From an uncultured virus (IMG/VR IMGVR_UViG_3300012665_000858) (lineage: Duplodnaviria; Heunggongvirae; Uroviricota; Caudoviricetes): DNA of 64,000 bases. The stretch is taken from IMG/VR virus record IMGVR_UViG_3300012665_000858. One strand, given 5' to 3'. The notes below the pieces were generated by a model that saw only the letters and a list, made by a program, of their open reading frames with translations, did no database searches and was not told the origin of the DNA. Positions 19,528 to 30,794 of the stretch are shown one piece after another. The translations under genes were made by a program, and so were the position numbers. How positions within the stretch are numbered: position 1 is the first letter of the stretch; the number at the start of each line of letters is the position of its first letter.

Positions 19528-22500
19528 GGCACGTAAAATAGTCGACATCGGCGTATCAGGTAATGACGGAACTGGTGATAGTATCCGTGAAGCGTTTAGA
19601 AAAACGAATGAAAACTTCCAAGAGTTATATGCTGTTTTCGGTCAAGGCGGATTCTTAAAATTCACTGACCTTAGCGATACTCCTGATACATTAATAGGAC
19701 AGGGTAATAAGATTCCAGTGGTTAATTCCATTGGTACAAGTATGGTATTCAAAGACTTTTTCAGTCCAGCAGGTACTATTCAATTTGATTATTCTGAACC
19801 AGAAACGTTTGATATTGTCAGTGTATCTAGATCCAGCAACGTTGCTACAATTACACTTACAGCAAATCATAACTTAGACCCGGGACAACGAATCACAGTT
19901 GCGTCCACAGACAATACTTCATTCAATACAACTTCTGCATTATTGTTAGAAGGTACAGCGGACAATGTTTTAGTATACGCTAATCCAGGTACTACACTGG
20001 CAACTAGTGCCGCTGTTGGTACTATTTCTAGTTACGGTTCTATAAAAATTGATACACTAAGTTCTAGACTAGAAGACGACCCGCTACCAAAATTACAGTA
20101 TGCTTTAGATGCACGTAATCAATTAATCGGTGGGGTACGCAGTCCTATTAGTCAAACAGAATTCCAAACTGCGGTTAATAGTTTCAATACTCAGCACGAC
20201 ACTCTTTATAGTATAGATGCGTTTGCTATTAACAAAGGTTATGCGGACGCCAAATATGTAAACATTACTGGCGATACAATGTCTGGACATTTAAACGTTC
20301 CAGCAAATGCCACAGGTAACCAAGCACCACGAGCCGCAGAAGTTGTTCTGAAGAACGGTGCTGACATGACTGGTATATTAAACCTAGCAGATCATCCTGG
20401 TGGGCTGGCCGGGTCTGGAACTCCAAACGGAGAAGACGATTTACAAGCCGCTACAAAATATTATGTAGATAGTTCTAGTTACTCAAGTCGTTTTAGCCTT
20501 TTTGTTACTACTGGTGGTGATGACACCCAGGCCCGTACCCCGCGCGGTAAAGAAGGTCGTGATAGATCTTATGCGTATGCAAGTATTAACAAGGCCTGTC
20601 AAAAAGCAGAACAATTAGTAAATGACGCACCGTGGGAAACTGGTCCATATCGTCAGTTAATTGCCTACGGCGGTGGTACAGCATTTTCAGAAGTAACTAG
20701 ACTTGACAGTGGGCCGTCTGGCACTACTCGAGTTTATTTTACAAATAACGGCGGCTCACGTGTCGACCAAGGTGCATTACCTAAGCCAGACATTGTCTCT
20801 GGTAAACTTGTAGTTGGACGTACCAGCAGAGCACAAGGTTTCATTTATCAATATTACGGTGCAGACGGTAGCTCAAGCGTTGGTGAAGATTATTTTGACT
20901 TGCAAGACGTAATTGGTGAGTTTGTACCCGGAGAAAACTTAGAGTTTGATCAAGCAGTTAAACAGATCCAAATTAGTATTATTATTGAATCTGGAATCTA
21001 TTTCGAAGATTATCCTATCCGTATTCCACCGAACGTTGCTATCGTAGGTGACGAATTACGTCGAGTAATTGTTAGACCTGCTGACCGTCCAAGTCGTAGC
21101 CCATGGGCAGATATCTGGTTCCGCAGAGATAAGACCTTTGACGGCTTGGATCTAACCAGTACAGAATACGGCTATCACTATCTAACAGATCCATCAGATA
21201 TTTTAAGTGAGCCAAAAAACAATAGGGATATGGACGTATTCCTATGTAACGATGCTGTTATTATTCGTCAAATTACCTGTCAAGGTCACGGCGGATTTAT
21301 GATGGTGCTTGACCCTGAAGGTCAGATTTTATCCAAGTCTGCTTACATACAACAGGCAGGTTCATTTGCTGGTTCATTGAATAAACAACGTTTTGCCGGC
21401 GGTCAATTTGTTGACGGATTCGTTGGTAACGTTCCGCTTAAAATTCAGGAAAAACTCAGCGACACAGAATTCTTAGTAACAGGTTCAGAACGTGCTCCAA
21501 CTACTCCGTGTTCGTTTGTAATCGACGGAGACATTTTTAAAGTTGAGGCCTACACCGATGACGGCAATGGTTACGGCAGTGCAAGAAAACTTATTCGTCG
21601 TAACATCGACTTTATCAAAGCCGAAGTTATTGGATATATTAATACCGAACTAAGTCCTCCGTTTACATTTAATGAAACAAAATGTGCTCGTGACATTGGA
21701 TTTATTGTAGATGCACTGGGCTACGACTTGGCACTAGGTACCAATTATAATGGTGTACGTGCAGGTGAAGCCTACTATCGTGGAACACAATATAGTACAC
21801 TACCAGACCAAAAAGACGAATACTTGGATGCACTAATCTATACTAGAGGATTGATTTCTGAAGTGTTGTCTGGCAACTCAGTTGCACGTCTCAGAGCAGA
21901 AGCAAGTTTTGACGAAATAACAGACATCATTGAAAATGGTGTTGTGGCGTCTGATCCGTATGCGTTTAGTAATCCTGACGGCGCACCTACATCAAGAGTA
22001 AATTCGAAAGAACTATTATTAGATAATATCGAGTTTATTCGAGAAGAAGTAATTTCTTACATAGCAGAAGAATTTCCAGATTTTATATTTGATGAAGACA
22101 AATATCGTAAAGATGTTGAAACTATTATTAACTCTGTTGTCTACGATTTGCTTTACGAAGGTAACAGTGCTACAGTTGAAGTGGGTCGACAGTATTATGA
22201 CGACAACGGTAGTCTACAGATTCCTGGACAAACATTACAATTAACACAAGCACTGGCGTATGCTAGCGGTGTTGCTCAATTGGTTGTTAATAACACTCCA
22301 GTTCCATTCCCTAAACAAAGCGTAGTAACACAAGTATTTGATTTAGTAAATCCAGGTAGTGCAACAGAAGCAAGCCGAATTGGAGTATTGATGGGTTACA
22401 TCAATACCATTATTTTAGGTGGAAGAATTGCAGGTCCTGCATTCGAGTATCCAACATTCTACGGTGTTGCTGGATCGTTAACTGACAGCAGAACTTTATT

Positions 22501-25500
22501 ATTAACAAATAAAGAAAGTATTAAATCAGATACAATCGTATACTTAGATCAACGTTATTCGTATAACCAAGACACTTGTGCTCGAGACACTGGCTACATC
22601 TGCGATGCTATCGCACACGACATTTACTATAGCGGTAATTTAAAAACAGTACAGGCAGCTCTGTCTTATTTCAACGCTAGTGCTAGTTCGAAGATTGTTA
22701 TTGACCAACAATTAACAAATACACTTGCGGCTATCAGTTACATTGAAACATTAATATTAAATGTTATCAACAACGAAGATCCAACAAACAGATATCAACA
22801 ATCAGTACTGCAATATATCGACACTAGCATTACCGATGGCGGGTTAGCGGAATCTACTGTACAAGATTTGTTCGATGAATTCCTTGGAATTTTAGAAACT
22901 CCTCCTAGTGCAAGAGGTGCTCGTGCATTACTAGTTGAAAACAAAGACTTCATCAGAGCAGAAGTTATCAACTATATCAATAACAAATATGTAGGATTTA
23001 CCTACGATGATGCCACATGTCGACGTGACGTCGGATATGTAATTGATGCTGTAGGCTATGACTTAATGTTTGGCAGTAATTTCCAAACAATCACTGCGGC
23101 AAGACGTTATTACGATGCCGCATCCAGTGTTGCCATTGGAATTCAAAAAGCCGCAACTATTGACGCATTTACATTCTTAAAAGGTCAAATATTAACTACT
23201 GTTGCCTCTAATTCCACTGCTGTTACTAGAGTAACAGAAAACATGAACACATTCTTGGACATGATTACTAATGGATTAGACCAAGAACCTGCCATTGTAA
23301 ATCCTAATCCAGTAGGGTACGATTCTAACTTTAACAGTGCTAGAACATTAATTGAAAATAATAGAGCGTTTATTAGAGCCGAGATTATACAATATGTTAC
23401 CAGTAACTATGTAGGATTAAGTTTTGATCCTGCGGTTTATCTAAAGAATGTTAACTATATACTGGATGCGCTGTATCACGATTTAACATACGGCGGCAAC
23501 ATACAGAGTTTAATTGCCGGCAAAACTTACTATTCATATTTGGTATTCCAGTACACAGGTCCTGAGAAGCCAGCAATATTGGCTGCTTACGCATACCTAC
23601 AAAGTTTAGTAGAAGATATTGCACTAGACTTACCAATTACTCCGCTACAAGTTGGCGTTCCGCAAGTTCGCGGAACTCCTGGCAACGTGTCAGCCAGCTC
23701 GACTGCTGGTCAACGTATTGGTGAAATAATAACTATTATCGATTTAGGACTGGCATCTGCTCCTGCTGTTATTACTCCAAGCACTGCATGGGTAAGTGCC
23801 GGATTAACAGGTGCAAACTCTGCATTACAATCTGCCAAGTCAAGTCTTCAAACTGCTGTCACAGATTATATTGATGCCAACTATAGCAATACATTAGTAT
23901 ACGATGAAGTGATTTGTTCACGTGACGTTGGATTTATTGTGGCCGCAGTATCCTCAGATTTATTATACGGCGGAACATATCTAACAATCCGTGCCGCACA
24001 AAGATACTATGTGGGCACAGCCAGTTCACGTATAGTGTTGGAAAATCAATTATCACAGACTATCGATTCTTTTGAATATGCTAAAGAAGTAGCACAGGCT
24101 GTATTAAATCAACTACCACCAACATTAAGTTATCAAGACATTAATGATATTCCTGTGGAAGATAGAGTCTCTCAGATATTCAGTTCAGATTATGACGGGA
24201 CTGCGTTTGTTTCAAGAGCAGGCGAGTTATTTGATTTATTAAATGCAGTAATTACGGATCCAGAGGTCGATGTTTCTACAGCACTAACTGGTGCTAAACC
24301 AATTGTCTATCCAACATACAGATTAGTTCTTTCTACAACCACTGACATAACCAACGACTTAGAGTATACAATATCAAGTTATGTCAGCAAAGCAGACTCG
24401 GGTGTTGGAGACGGCTCATTCGATGTGGTATTCAGTATTGTTACTCCGGTGGGCACTACCAATCCTTTAGTTAAAACACGTTATAGAATCTTTGGTAATA
24501 GTAATGCCAATTATAATAACGATGCTGTAGAGTGCGTGGCATCGACATTAACAACAATGACCATGCGTTATCCAATTGATCCAGGATCATTCGGTTCTGG
24601 AACAACTACTATCGAATACGCCAAAGACTTTATGTTGTTAAGTGCAGGTAACACAAGTATGTGTTCAAACGACTTTACACAGATTAACGACTTAGGTTAC
24701 GGACTAGTTGCCACAAACATTGGCTTGATTGAAACTGTGTCGGTGTTCAGTTACTATTGCTGGACTGCTTACTATGCCAGCAACGGTGGACAGATTCGTT
24801 CGTTGAACGGTTCTAATGCACACGGTGAATACGGTATTATTTCTGAGGGCAGTGACCCGTTAGAAGTTCCAGATAAGTGTAATCTTTCTGATAACATGAT
24901 GCAGGTTGCAAAGGTTTATAAGCAAGGCATCTACAGCACAGACAACGACGAGGGCGACTTACAAGTATTCTTCTATCAACACGATTATGCACCGTACAGT
25001 GTTTCCGAAGTTGAAATTAACCACGGTGCAGGTGTTATTACAGAGTTGGAGGTTACCAGTTTAGTTGGTGGTAGTTTATACACCAATGGTACATATATTA
25101 ACGTTCCACTAACAGGTGGAACAGGATCAGGAGCAACCGCTAATATTGTGGTTTCCGGCAACGTAGTGACTACTGTGGGATTAGTTAGTGCAGGTATAAG
25201 ATACACCGAAGGCGATATTTTAAGTTGTTCAAACGCCAGCATCGGCGGTACTGGATCTGGCTTCTTTATCAATGTGAAGACTATTATCGGTAACGGTATT
25301 GCTCGTTACGAAGTTGCCAGTGTAACTGACGTGTCAAGCACATTGCCACACACTGTATCTGGAACACCAGTTAAAACTGGCCCAACAGGCGGCAAATATT
25401 ATGTGACATATTCGTTCACTGATCCTGGATACATTCCAAAAATTAATGTACCATACACAGTCAGCGGATCTACAACCGCAGGATTCAATGGAGCAAAGAT

Positions 25501-28500
25501 TGCCACTGCTAGTACTGCAACCAGTGTTACTTTAGAATATGCTACTAACCCTGGAACATGGGCAGGTGGATTATCTACTCTTTGGGGACGCGGTAACGTT
25601 GTACGATTGAATATCAACACTGGCGGTAACAATGATACATCAACCAATGGATTGGCTGTTGCATTAGCACATGACCAAAAAATTGTTATTCGTAGTAATC
25701 AAAACTTTAAGTTCTACGAAGTAGATGATACTAACCCAGTTCGTCCAAGTACTGCGTTGACATTTGTAGGCGATCCTGATGCAGGTGCTATTGTTTATCG
25801 TGTACTAGCATATGGTAACAAAGGACCACTGAACGAAGATCTAGAAGTAGACGAATCAATTTTAGGTTTCGATACAACTTATGACTATATTAAACTGCTA
25901 GTCAACGCAGAAAACGTTTCTAATGCAGACCCCGATAATCTTGGGCAAACAATGGGTTCCAGTTTAGGCGATACTAAAATTGCCATCGACCGTGTAAACG
26001 AAGCAGATGTCGAGAGCAGATTGAATACCGGCGATATGATTATTGCCTGGGACGGTAAGATCCATAAAGTATTAAGTTATACCGATATGGGGCTGTTAGC
26101 AGGCTATGCTATTATCGAAATCGAAGACGTGGCAGATAAGTGCCTAAGCGGAACATCAGTAAGTGGTATTAACACTCCTGTTGATCCAGACTTTAACTTA
26201 GATATATCTGAGCCTCCAACAATTCGTGCTGGTTTGTCGTCAACTGAGCCCGCAGAAGTTATTGTACGTATTAGTACTTGCCGTGTTACAGGACACGACT
26301 TCTTAGATATTGGTACTGGCGGTTACAATGATACAAACTATCCAACTAAAATCTACGGTGCTCCTAGAGAACCAAACCAAGCAAAAGAAGTTCAAGAACG
26401 TGGTAGAGGTCGTTGCTTCTATGTAACCACTGACCAAGACGGTATTTTCCGTGTAGGTCGATTCTTTACAGTTGACCAAGGTACTGGGCGTGTAACGTTT
26501 GCGGCGTCTATTGCATTGAGTAACTTAGACGGTTTAGGATTTAAGCGCGGTGTTACAGTAAGTGAATTCTCAAACGATGACAGATTTACTGACGGTGCTA
26601 ACGATGCACTACCAACAGAAGCGGCCACACAAGGGTATATTGATAGACGTCTTGGCATGGATCGTACTAATAATACATTAGATCCAACTGCGCTAATTGG
26701 TCCGGGTTATATGGACAGAGCAGGTATCCAAGCGTTTACTGGTCCAGACTCTATGGACATGGGCGGATACAATATCAGTAACTTGGCTAGCCCAACTGCT
26801 GATACTGATGCGGCCAATAAACTATATGTTAGAAACCAAGAGTTATCAGATGACAGAGTTGATACGTCTACTAGCCCAGCACGTAGTCTAAACGATTTAC
26901 TAATCTATAACGGAGTTAAATGGGTTAACGCAGAAACTGTTACCACAGGCGATATACAAACATCGTTGGCTGTGGGAACTAAGAACCTTGCATTGAACAT
27001 TAAAGCAGGTGCTATTATTAACGTGGATGTTAATGCTAGTGCGGCTATTGCTCAAAGCAAGTTAGATATGACTAAAGCATCTACCCGTGCTAATGCTACA
27101 AGTATTGCACAGGCAGACTTGGGTCTAGCAAGTTTCAAGAGCACAGAATTTACTGCAACTAACGGTTGGATTGAGTTACAGACATCTACTAACTCAACCA
27201 CAGGTGTACTTCAAACTAAATTGCAATTCATTGCCAACGATACCTACTTAGGTAACGCTACTGGTAGCTCTACATATCCTCGTCAAGTAACATCGGGAAC
27301 TATTGTTACCAATGGTGACGGTATTAAGAATGCGGCATTTGCTCCTGGAAGTGTGGGCAGTAACGGCCGTGCAATGATTTTAACTGCAATCGGTCCTAAC
27401 GCTTACAGTACAACTAACATCAGTACAAGTGCGCAGGCCAGTTCGTTAATACAGTCAGACGGTAGTGGTCGTGTTGCAGTGGCACAGTTGGATCTAACTT
27501 CGAGTGGCTATAAAACTCTAAGTGTCAGCGGAACTACACTGACTATGACAACTCCGGGTTCTGTGGATTTCTTGACAGCCGTTGGTACTAGTGCGGCTGC
27601 TACTACAATTACTACTGTTGGTACATTGAGTGTGAACGCACTAACATCGGCAAGTACTACAACATTTAGTCCTGCTAATGCTAACGTAACATTAAGCCCA
27701 AGTGGTACTGGAACTGTAACTATTGCTCCTGCTAGTGTAGGTTCAATTAATAACATAAACATTGGTGCTACAACTCGCGGTAACGCTTACTTTAAGATAC
27801 TAGAGGCCAACGATGCAGTTTCATTAACTGCTAACCAAGCAGTAACAGGTGCCGCAAACGGTACAGGTACATTACGTGTAACTGGTGGTGCTGGTATCAG
27901 TGGTGATTTACGTGTTGGTGGAACAATTTACGGTGCTATTACTGGTTCATTGGCTGGTACACTAGGACTAAGCACATACCTAAGTTACACCTCTGGTTCA
28001 AGTTATGACGGTAGTACAAGTCGTACAATTCAAACTAATGCTACTTCAGCAAATACAGCAAGTACAATAATGGCCAGAGATGGCAACGGTGACTTTAATG
28101 CACGTTACGCTATGCTAGGTTATGTTAACACTAGCGATGATACTAGTACTGCTACTGCGGTAAGTGGTGTGATGACCAAGAAAGGCGATAACTACTATCG
28201 TACTGCAACTGGGCAACAAGTAGCAACATTCCTAAGTGGTTCTTCAATGAACAACTTGACTATTGCAAGTCAGTTAACTATGAACGCTAGTTCTAGTATT
28301 AGACAGAACACCACTGCTTGGACAGGCGATGCGGCAGCAGGCACTGGTAAACTCGAATATCACAGCAATCGTTGGTACATTAATGCCGGTTCTGACTCAA
28401 CAGAAGTTGCACGTTTCCGCAGAGGTGCAACTGACGTATCGTATATTGATAATAGCGGTACATACAACGGTCGTGCTACCAGTGCTAACTATGCTGACTT

Positions 28501-28870
28501 GGCTGAGAAATATATGGCCGATGCTGTTTACGAAACTGGCACTGTTATGGTGTTCGGTGGCGACGAGGAAGTCACTGTAACAGATAAGCACAACGACACA
28601 AGAGTTGCTGGTGTTATTTCTGAAAAGCCTGCTCATTTGATGAACAAGGACCTAGCAGGAGAAAATGCTATGATAGTTGGCTTAACTGGACGCTTGCCAT
28701 GTAAAGTAATTGGCAAGGTTAAGAAAGGCGATATTCTAGTAACAGCGGCCAAGAAAGGTTACGCAATAGTAAACAACACTCCATTACCAGGCACAATTAT
28801 TGGTAAGAGTTTGGAAAACAAAGACAACTTCGATGAAGGCCTAATTGAAATTGTTGTTGGTAGATTCTAA
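19526..28870 (+). CDS. giant virion structural protein (gp9/gp10-like N-terminus, helical repeats, fibre region, C-terminal autocleavage chaperone-like domain)
   Basis: N-terminal DIG...NDGTGDSIREAF.K.NENF.ELY resembles T4 gp10; C-terminal YADLAEKY...GVIS..P...G..PCKV.G.V.KGD.LV pattern. Confidence 0.85.
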   Translation: MARKIVDIGVSGNDGTGDSIREAFRKTNENFQELYAVFGQGGFLKFTDLSDTPDTLIGQGNKIPVVNSIGTSMVFKDFFSPAGTIQFDYSEPETFDIVSVSRSSNVATITLTANHNLDPGQRITVASTDNTSFNTTSALLLEGTADNVLVYANPGTTLATSAAVGTISSYGSIKIDTLSSRLEDDPLPKLQYALDARNQLIGGVRSPISQTEFQTAVNSFNTQHDTLYSIDAFAINKGYADAKYVNITGDTMSGHLNVPANATGNQAPRAAEVVLKNGADMTGILNLADHPGGLAGSGTPNGEDDLQAATKYYVDSSSYSSRFSLFVTTGGDDTQARTPRGKEGRDRSYAYASINKACQKAEQLVNDAPWETGPYRQLIAYGGGTAFSEVTRLDSGPSGTTRVYFTNNGGSRVDQGALPKPDIVSGKLVVGRTSRAQGFIYQYYGADGSSSVGEDYFDLQDVIGEFVPGENLEFDQAVKQIQISIIIESGIYFEDYPIRIPPNVAIVGDELRRVIVRPADRPSRSPWADIWFRRDKTFDGLDLTSTEYGYHYLTDPSDILSEPKNNRDMDVFLCNDAVIIRQITCQGHGGFMMVLDPEGQILSKSAYIQQAGSFAGSLNKQRFAGGQFVDGFVGNVPLKIQEKLSDTEFLVTGSERAPTTPCSFVIDGDIFKVEAYTDDGNGYGSARKLIRRNIDFIKAEVIGYINTELSPPFTFNETKCARDIGFIVDALGYDLALGTNYNGVRAGEAYYRGTQYSTLPDQKDEYLDALIYTRGLISEVLSGNSVARLRAEASFDEITDIIENGVVASDPYAFSNPDGAPTSRVNSKELLLDNIEFIREEVISYIAEEFPDFIFDEDKYRKDVETIINSVVYDLLYEGNSATVEVGRQYYDDNGSLQIPGQTLQLTQALAYASGVAQLVVNNTPVPFPKQSVVTQVFDLVNPGSATEASRIGVLMGYINTIILGGRIAGPAFEYPTFYGVAGSLTDSRTLLLTNKESIKSDTIVYLDQRYSYNQDTCARDTGYICDAIAHDIYYSGNLKTVQAALSYFNASASSKIVIDQQLTNTLAAISYIETLILNVINNEDPTNRYQQSVLQYIDTSITDGGLAESTVQDLFDEFLGILETPPSARGARALLVENKDFIRAEVINYINNKYVGFTYDDATCRRDVGYVIDAVGYDLMFGSNFQTITAARRYYDAASSVAIGIQKAATIDAFTFLKGQILTTVASNSTAVTRVTENMNTFLDMITNGLDQEPAIVNPNPVGYDSNFNSARTLIENNRAFIRAEIIQYVTSNYVGLSFDPAVYLKNVNYILDALYHDLTYGGNIQSLIAGKTYYSYLVFQYTGPEKPAILAAYAYLQSLVEDIALDLPITPLQVGVPQVRGTPGNVSASSTAGQRIGEIITIIDLGLASAPAVITPSTAWVSAGLTGANSALQSAKSSLQTAVTDYIDANYSNTLVYDEVICSRDVGFIVAAVSSDLLYGGTYLTIRAAQRYYVGTASSRIVLENQLSQTIDSFEYAKEVAQAVLNQLPPTLSYQDINDIPVEDRVSQIFSSDYDGTAFVSRAGELFDLLNAVITDPEVDVSTALTGAKPIVYPTYRLVLSTTTDITNDLEYTISSYVSKADSGVGDGSFDVVFSIVTPVGTTNPLVKTRYRIFGNSNANYNNDAVECVASTLTTMTMRYPIDPGSFGSGTTTIEYAKDFMLLSAGNTSMCSNDFTQINDLGYGLVATNIGLIETVSVFSYYCWTAYYASNGGQIRSLNGSNAHGEYGIISEGSDPLEVPDKCNLSDNMMQVAKVYKQGIYSTDNDEGDLQVFFYQHDYAPYSVSEVEINHGAGVITELEVTSLVGGSLYTNGTYINVPLTGGTGSGATANIVVSGNVVTTVGLVSAGIRYTEGDILSCSNASIGGTGSGFFINVKTIIGNGIARYEVASVTDVSSTLPHTVSGTPVKTGPTGGKYYVTYSFTDPGYIPKINVPYTVSGSTTAGFNGAKIATASTATSVTLEYATNPGTWAGGLSTLWGRGNVVRLNINTGGNNDTSTNGLAVALAHDQKIVIRSNQNFKFYEVDDTNPVRPSTALTFVGDPDAGAIVYRVLAYGNKGPLNEDLEVDESILGFDTTYDYIKLLVNAENVSNADPDNLGQTMGSSLGDTKIAIDRVNEADVESRLNTGDMIIAWDGKIHKVLSYTDMGLLAGYAIIEIEDVADKCLSGTSVSGINTPVDPDFNLDISEPPTIRAGLSSTEPAEVIVRISTCRVTGHDFLDIGTGGYNDTNYPTKIYGAPREPNQAKEVQERGRGRCFYVTTDQDGIFRVGRFFTVDQGTGRVTFAASIALSNLDGLGFKRGVTVSEFSNDDRFTDGANDALPTEAATQGYIDRRLGMDRTNNTLDPTALIGPGYMDRAGIQAFTGPDSMDMGGYNISNLASPTADTDAANKLYVRNQELSDDRVDTSTSPARSLNDLLIYNGVKWVNAETVTTGDIQTSLAVGTKNLALNIKAGAIINVDVNASAAIAQSKLDMTKASTRANATSIAQADLGLASFKSTEFTATNGWIELQTSTNSTTGVLQTKLQFIANDTYLGNATGSSTYPRQVTSGTIVTNGDGIKNAAFAPGSVGSNGRAMILTAIGPNAYSTTNISTSAQASSLIQSDGSGRVAVAQLDLTSSGYKTLSVSGTTLTMTTPGSVDFLTAVGTSAAATTITTVGTLSVNALTSASTTTFSPANANVTLSPSGTGTVTIAPASVGSINNINIGATTRGNAYFKILEANDAVSLTANQAVTGAANGTGTLRVTGGAGISGDLRVGGTIYGAITGSLAGTLGLSTYLSYTSGSSYDGSTSRTIQTNATSANTASTIMARDGNGDFNARYAMLGYVNTSDDTSTATAVSGVMTKKGDNYYRTATGQQVATFLSGSSMNNLTIASQLTMNASSSIRQNTTAWTGDAAAGTGKLEYHSNRWYINAGSDSTEVARFRRGATDVSYIDNSGTYNGRATSANYADLAEKYMADAVYETGTVMVFGGDEEVTVTDKHNDTRVAGVISEKPAHLMNKDLAGENAMIVGLTGRLPCKVIGKVKKGDILVTAAKKGYAIVNNTPLPGTIIGKSLENKDNFDEGLIEIVVGRF

Positions 28871-28881
28871 GGAAAAATATC

Positions 28882-29472
28882 ATGGCATTATATGACGATT
28901 TATTAGAGATTAACTTAGGTAACGTTGTCAACGACGGCACTGGTGATGATCTCCGTACAGCCTTTGAAAAAGTTAAAACTAACTTTGAAAGATTGTATGA
29001 TTTTGGAAATGCGCCAACAACTGCATCCAACGTGGGTGCAAGCGGCTTGGGTGTTTTTAAACAAAAAAATGACACAGACTTTGAGTTTAGAAAACTTGAT
29101 GGCGTGGGTGCAATAAAACTAACACTGGTAGGCGATGTTATACAAGCGGCATTTTTACCCACTGCGACTGTTGATTTTAACACCCAGAGTATTACTAATG
29201 TAGGAACACTAACAGCAACCACAGTTAATGCAAATGTTACCGGTAATTTAACTGGTAATGTTGTGGGATTAATCAGAAACGGCGATTCTGTTACGCAGAA
29301 CCCGTTTGTTGATGTGACTGTTTTAAATAGACAGGTAAATACATTTGACTATGGATTTATCGAATCTACATATAATAACCCAATAGCATATTTGTTAAAT
29401 GAAATTGGCACGGACATGGGCACATTCATTGACCCAAGTCCAATAAGCATAGACGCTGGAACCATAGCATAA
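28882..29472 (+). CDS. structural protein with gp9/gp10-like N-terminus
   Basis: INLGNVVNDGTGDDLRTAFEKVKTNFERLY. Confidence 0.75.
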   Translation: MALYDDLLEINLGNVVNDGTGDDLRTAFEKVKTNFERLYDFGNAPTTASNVGASGLGVFKQKNDTDFEFRKLDGVGAIKLTLVGDVIQAAFLPTATVDFNTQSITNVGTLTATTVNANVTGNLTGNVVGLIRNGDSVTQNPFVDVTVLNRQVNTFDYGFIESTYNNPIAYLLNEIGTDMGTFIDPSPISIDAGTIA

Positions 29473-29484
29473 GGAGAGATTAGA

Positions 29485-30747
29485 ATGGCATTACAAATCC
29501 GCAGAGGAACAACCGCTGAGAGAACCGCAAGAAGATTCCTCGTTGGCGAATTAATTTATGACACAACACTTCAACAAGTGTTTGTTGGTGACAGCCCCGA
29601 TGGCAGTACTGGAACGTTGGGAGGCAAAGCCGTAACTGCGTTTACACAAGAAGATGCGCAAGATGCTATCCGAGATCTGTTCTCAGCAGGTACACATACT
29701 AACATAAGTTATGCTTATAACGACCCTGGTAACAGCATCAGTTCCACCGTAAGTTTATCGAATTATGTTGGCAATATCAGTGCTTCAGGAACTGTCACTG
29801 CTAGTGGATTTAATGGTTGGCTAGAAGGTAACGTATTTGCAAACGACTCTACTCTCCTTGTTGATGCAGGTAACGGACGAATTCCAGCAGAAGTAGTTAC
29901 AGGAACATTTACAGGTACAGTAGTTGGCAATGCTAGTTCAGCAACTGTAGCATCTACTGTAAGTTTAACTGCAACCAGTACTAACAGCGACCATTTTGTT
30001 ACGTTTGTAGATACATCAACTGGTAATGAGAATGTAAGAACTGATGCAGATTTAAAATATAATCCAAGTACAAATACATTAACAGCCGGTACATTTGTAG
30101 GTAGCGTAACTGGTGCAGTTACTGGTAATATTTTTACTACATTAATTGATAGTGCAGATTCTAGTGCTATTACATTTACTCCTGCTGTAATTTTCAGCAG
30201 TGACATAACTGTTCAAAACGAATTATATACTGCTAATTTAAATTCCACAGATGTGGCCAAGTTCACAGTATCTCAGGCAATTGGTGCTAACTTTACACCT
30301 AATGTATTAGACTTATATGCAGACTGCGGTGCAGGTAATACACTATCATCTGGTCCAAGAATTAACTTTACTGTGCAATCCACTCCTGATGGTGTGTTTA
30401 ATCCGGCAACTATTACTGCTTATAGAGACACCGGAGATATCGGTGTAGTTGAAATTAAAGCTCGCAACCTAAATAACGGTGCAATGGATTCCGTTGTGAC
30501 ATTCAGTTCATACAACGGTGTTCAATTTAACAGCGCCATTGTTGCATTGGGTGGTGTCAACATCCAGAATGCGTTAGCCAGACCTGCTCCAGCAACTAGT
30601 GCCGGTGTAGAAGGTGATTTTGCGGGCGACATGTTCTTTGCAGAAGATACTGGAACATGGTATCTGTATTATTGTATAGCAGACTGGACTAGTCCTGGCA
30701 CTGCTGACATATGGGTTCGTTGGGCACAAACTGGCACAACCTGGTAA
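29485..30747 (+). CDS. tail fibre protein with Mtd/hyaluronidase-type N-terminus
   Basis: MALQIRRGT...GELIYDT....FVGD N-terminal motif. Confidence 0.75.
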   Translation: MALQIRRGTTAERTARRFLVGELIYDTTLQQVFVGDSPDGSTGTLGGKAVTAFTQEDAQDAIRDLFSAGTHTNISYAYNDPGNSISSTVSLSNYVGNISASGTVTASGFNGWLEGNVFANDSTLLVDAGNGRIPAEVVTGTFTGTVVGNASSATVASTVSLTATSTNSDHFVTFVDTSTGNENVRTDADLKYNPSTNTLTAGTFVGSVTGAVTGNIFTTLIDSADSSAITFTPAVIFSSDITVQNELYTANLNSTDVAKFTVSQAIGANFTPNVLDLYADCGAGNTLSSGPRINFTVQSTPDGVFNPATITAYRDTGDIGVVEIKARNLNNGAMDSVVTFSSYNGVQFNSAIVALGGVNIQNALARPAPATSAGVEGDFAGDMFFAEDTGTWYLYYCIADWTSPGTADIWVRWAQTGTTW

Positions 30748-30752
30748 TATTT

Positions 30753-30790
30753 TAATCACCCGGTACCGATAAATACAGTATCGGGGATTA
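30753..30790 (+). promoter_or_regulatory. late promoter inside a hairpin that covers the SD
   Basis: TAAATA 30770-30775; CCGATA/TATCGG stem plus outer TAATC/GATTA. Confidence 0.55.
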
Positions 30791-30794
30791 AACA

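Noticed and set aside
29485..30747. Diversity-generating retroelement target (Mtd-like N-terminus)
   Set aside because: No reverse transcriptase or TR/VR repeat pair seen in the window
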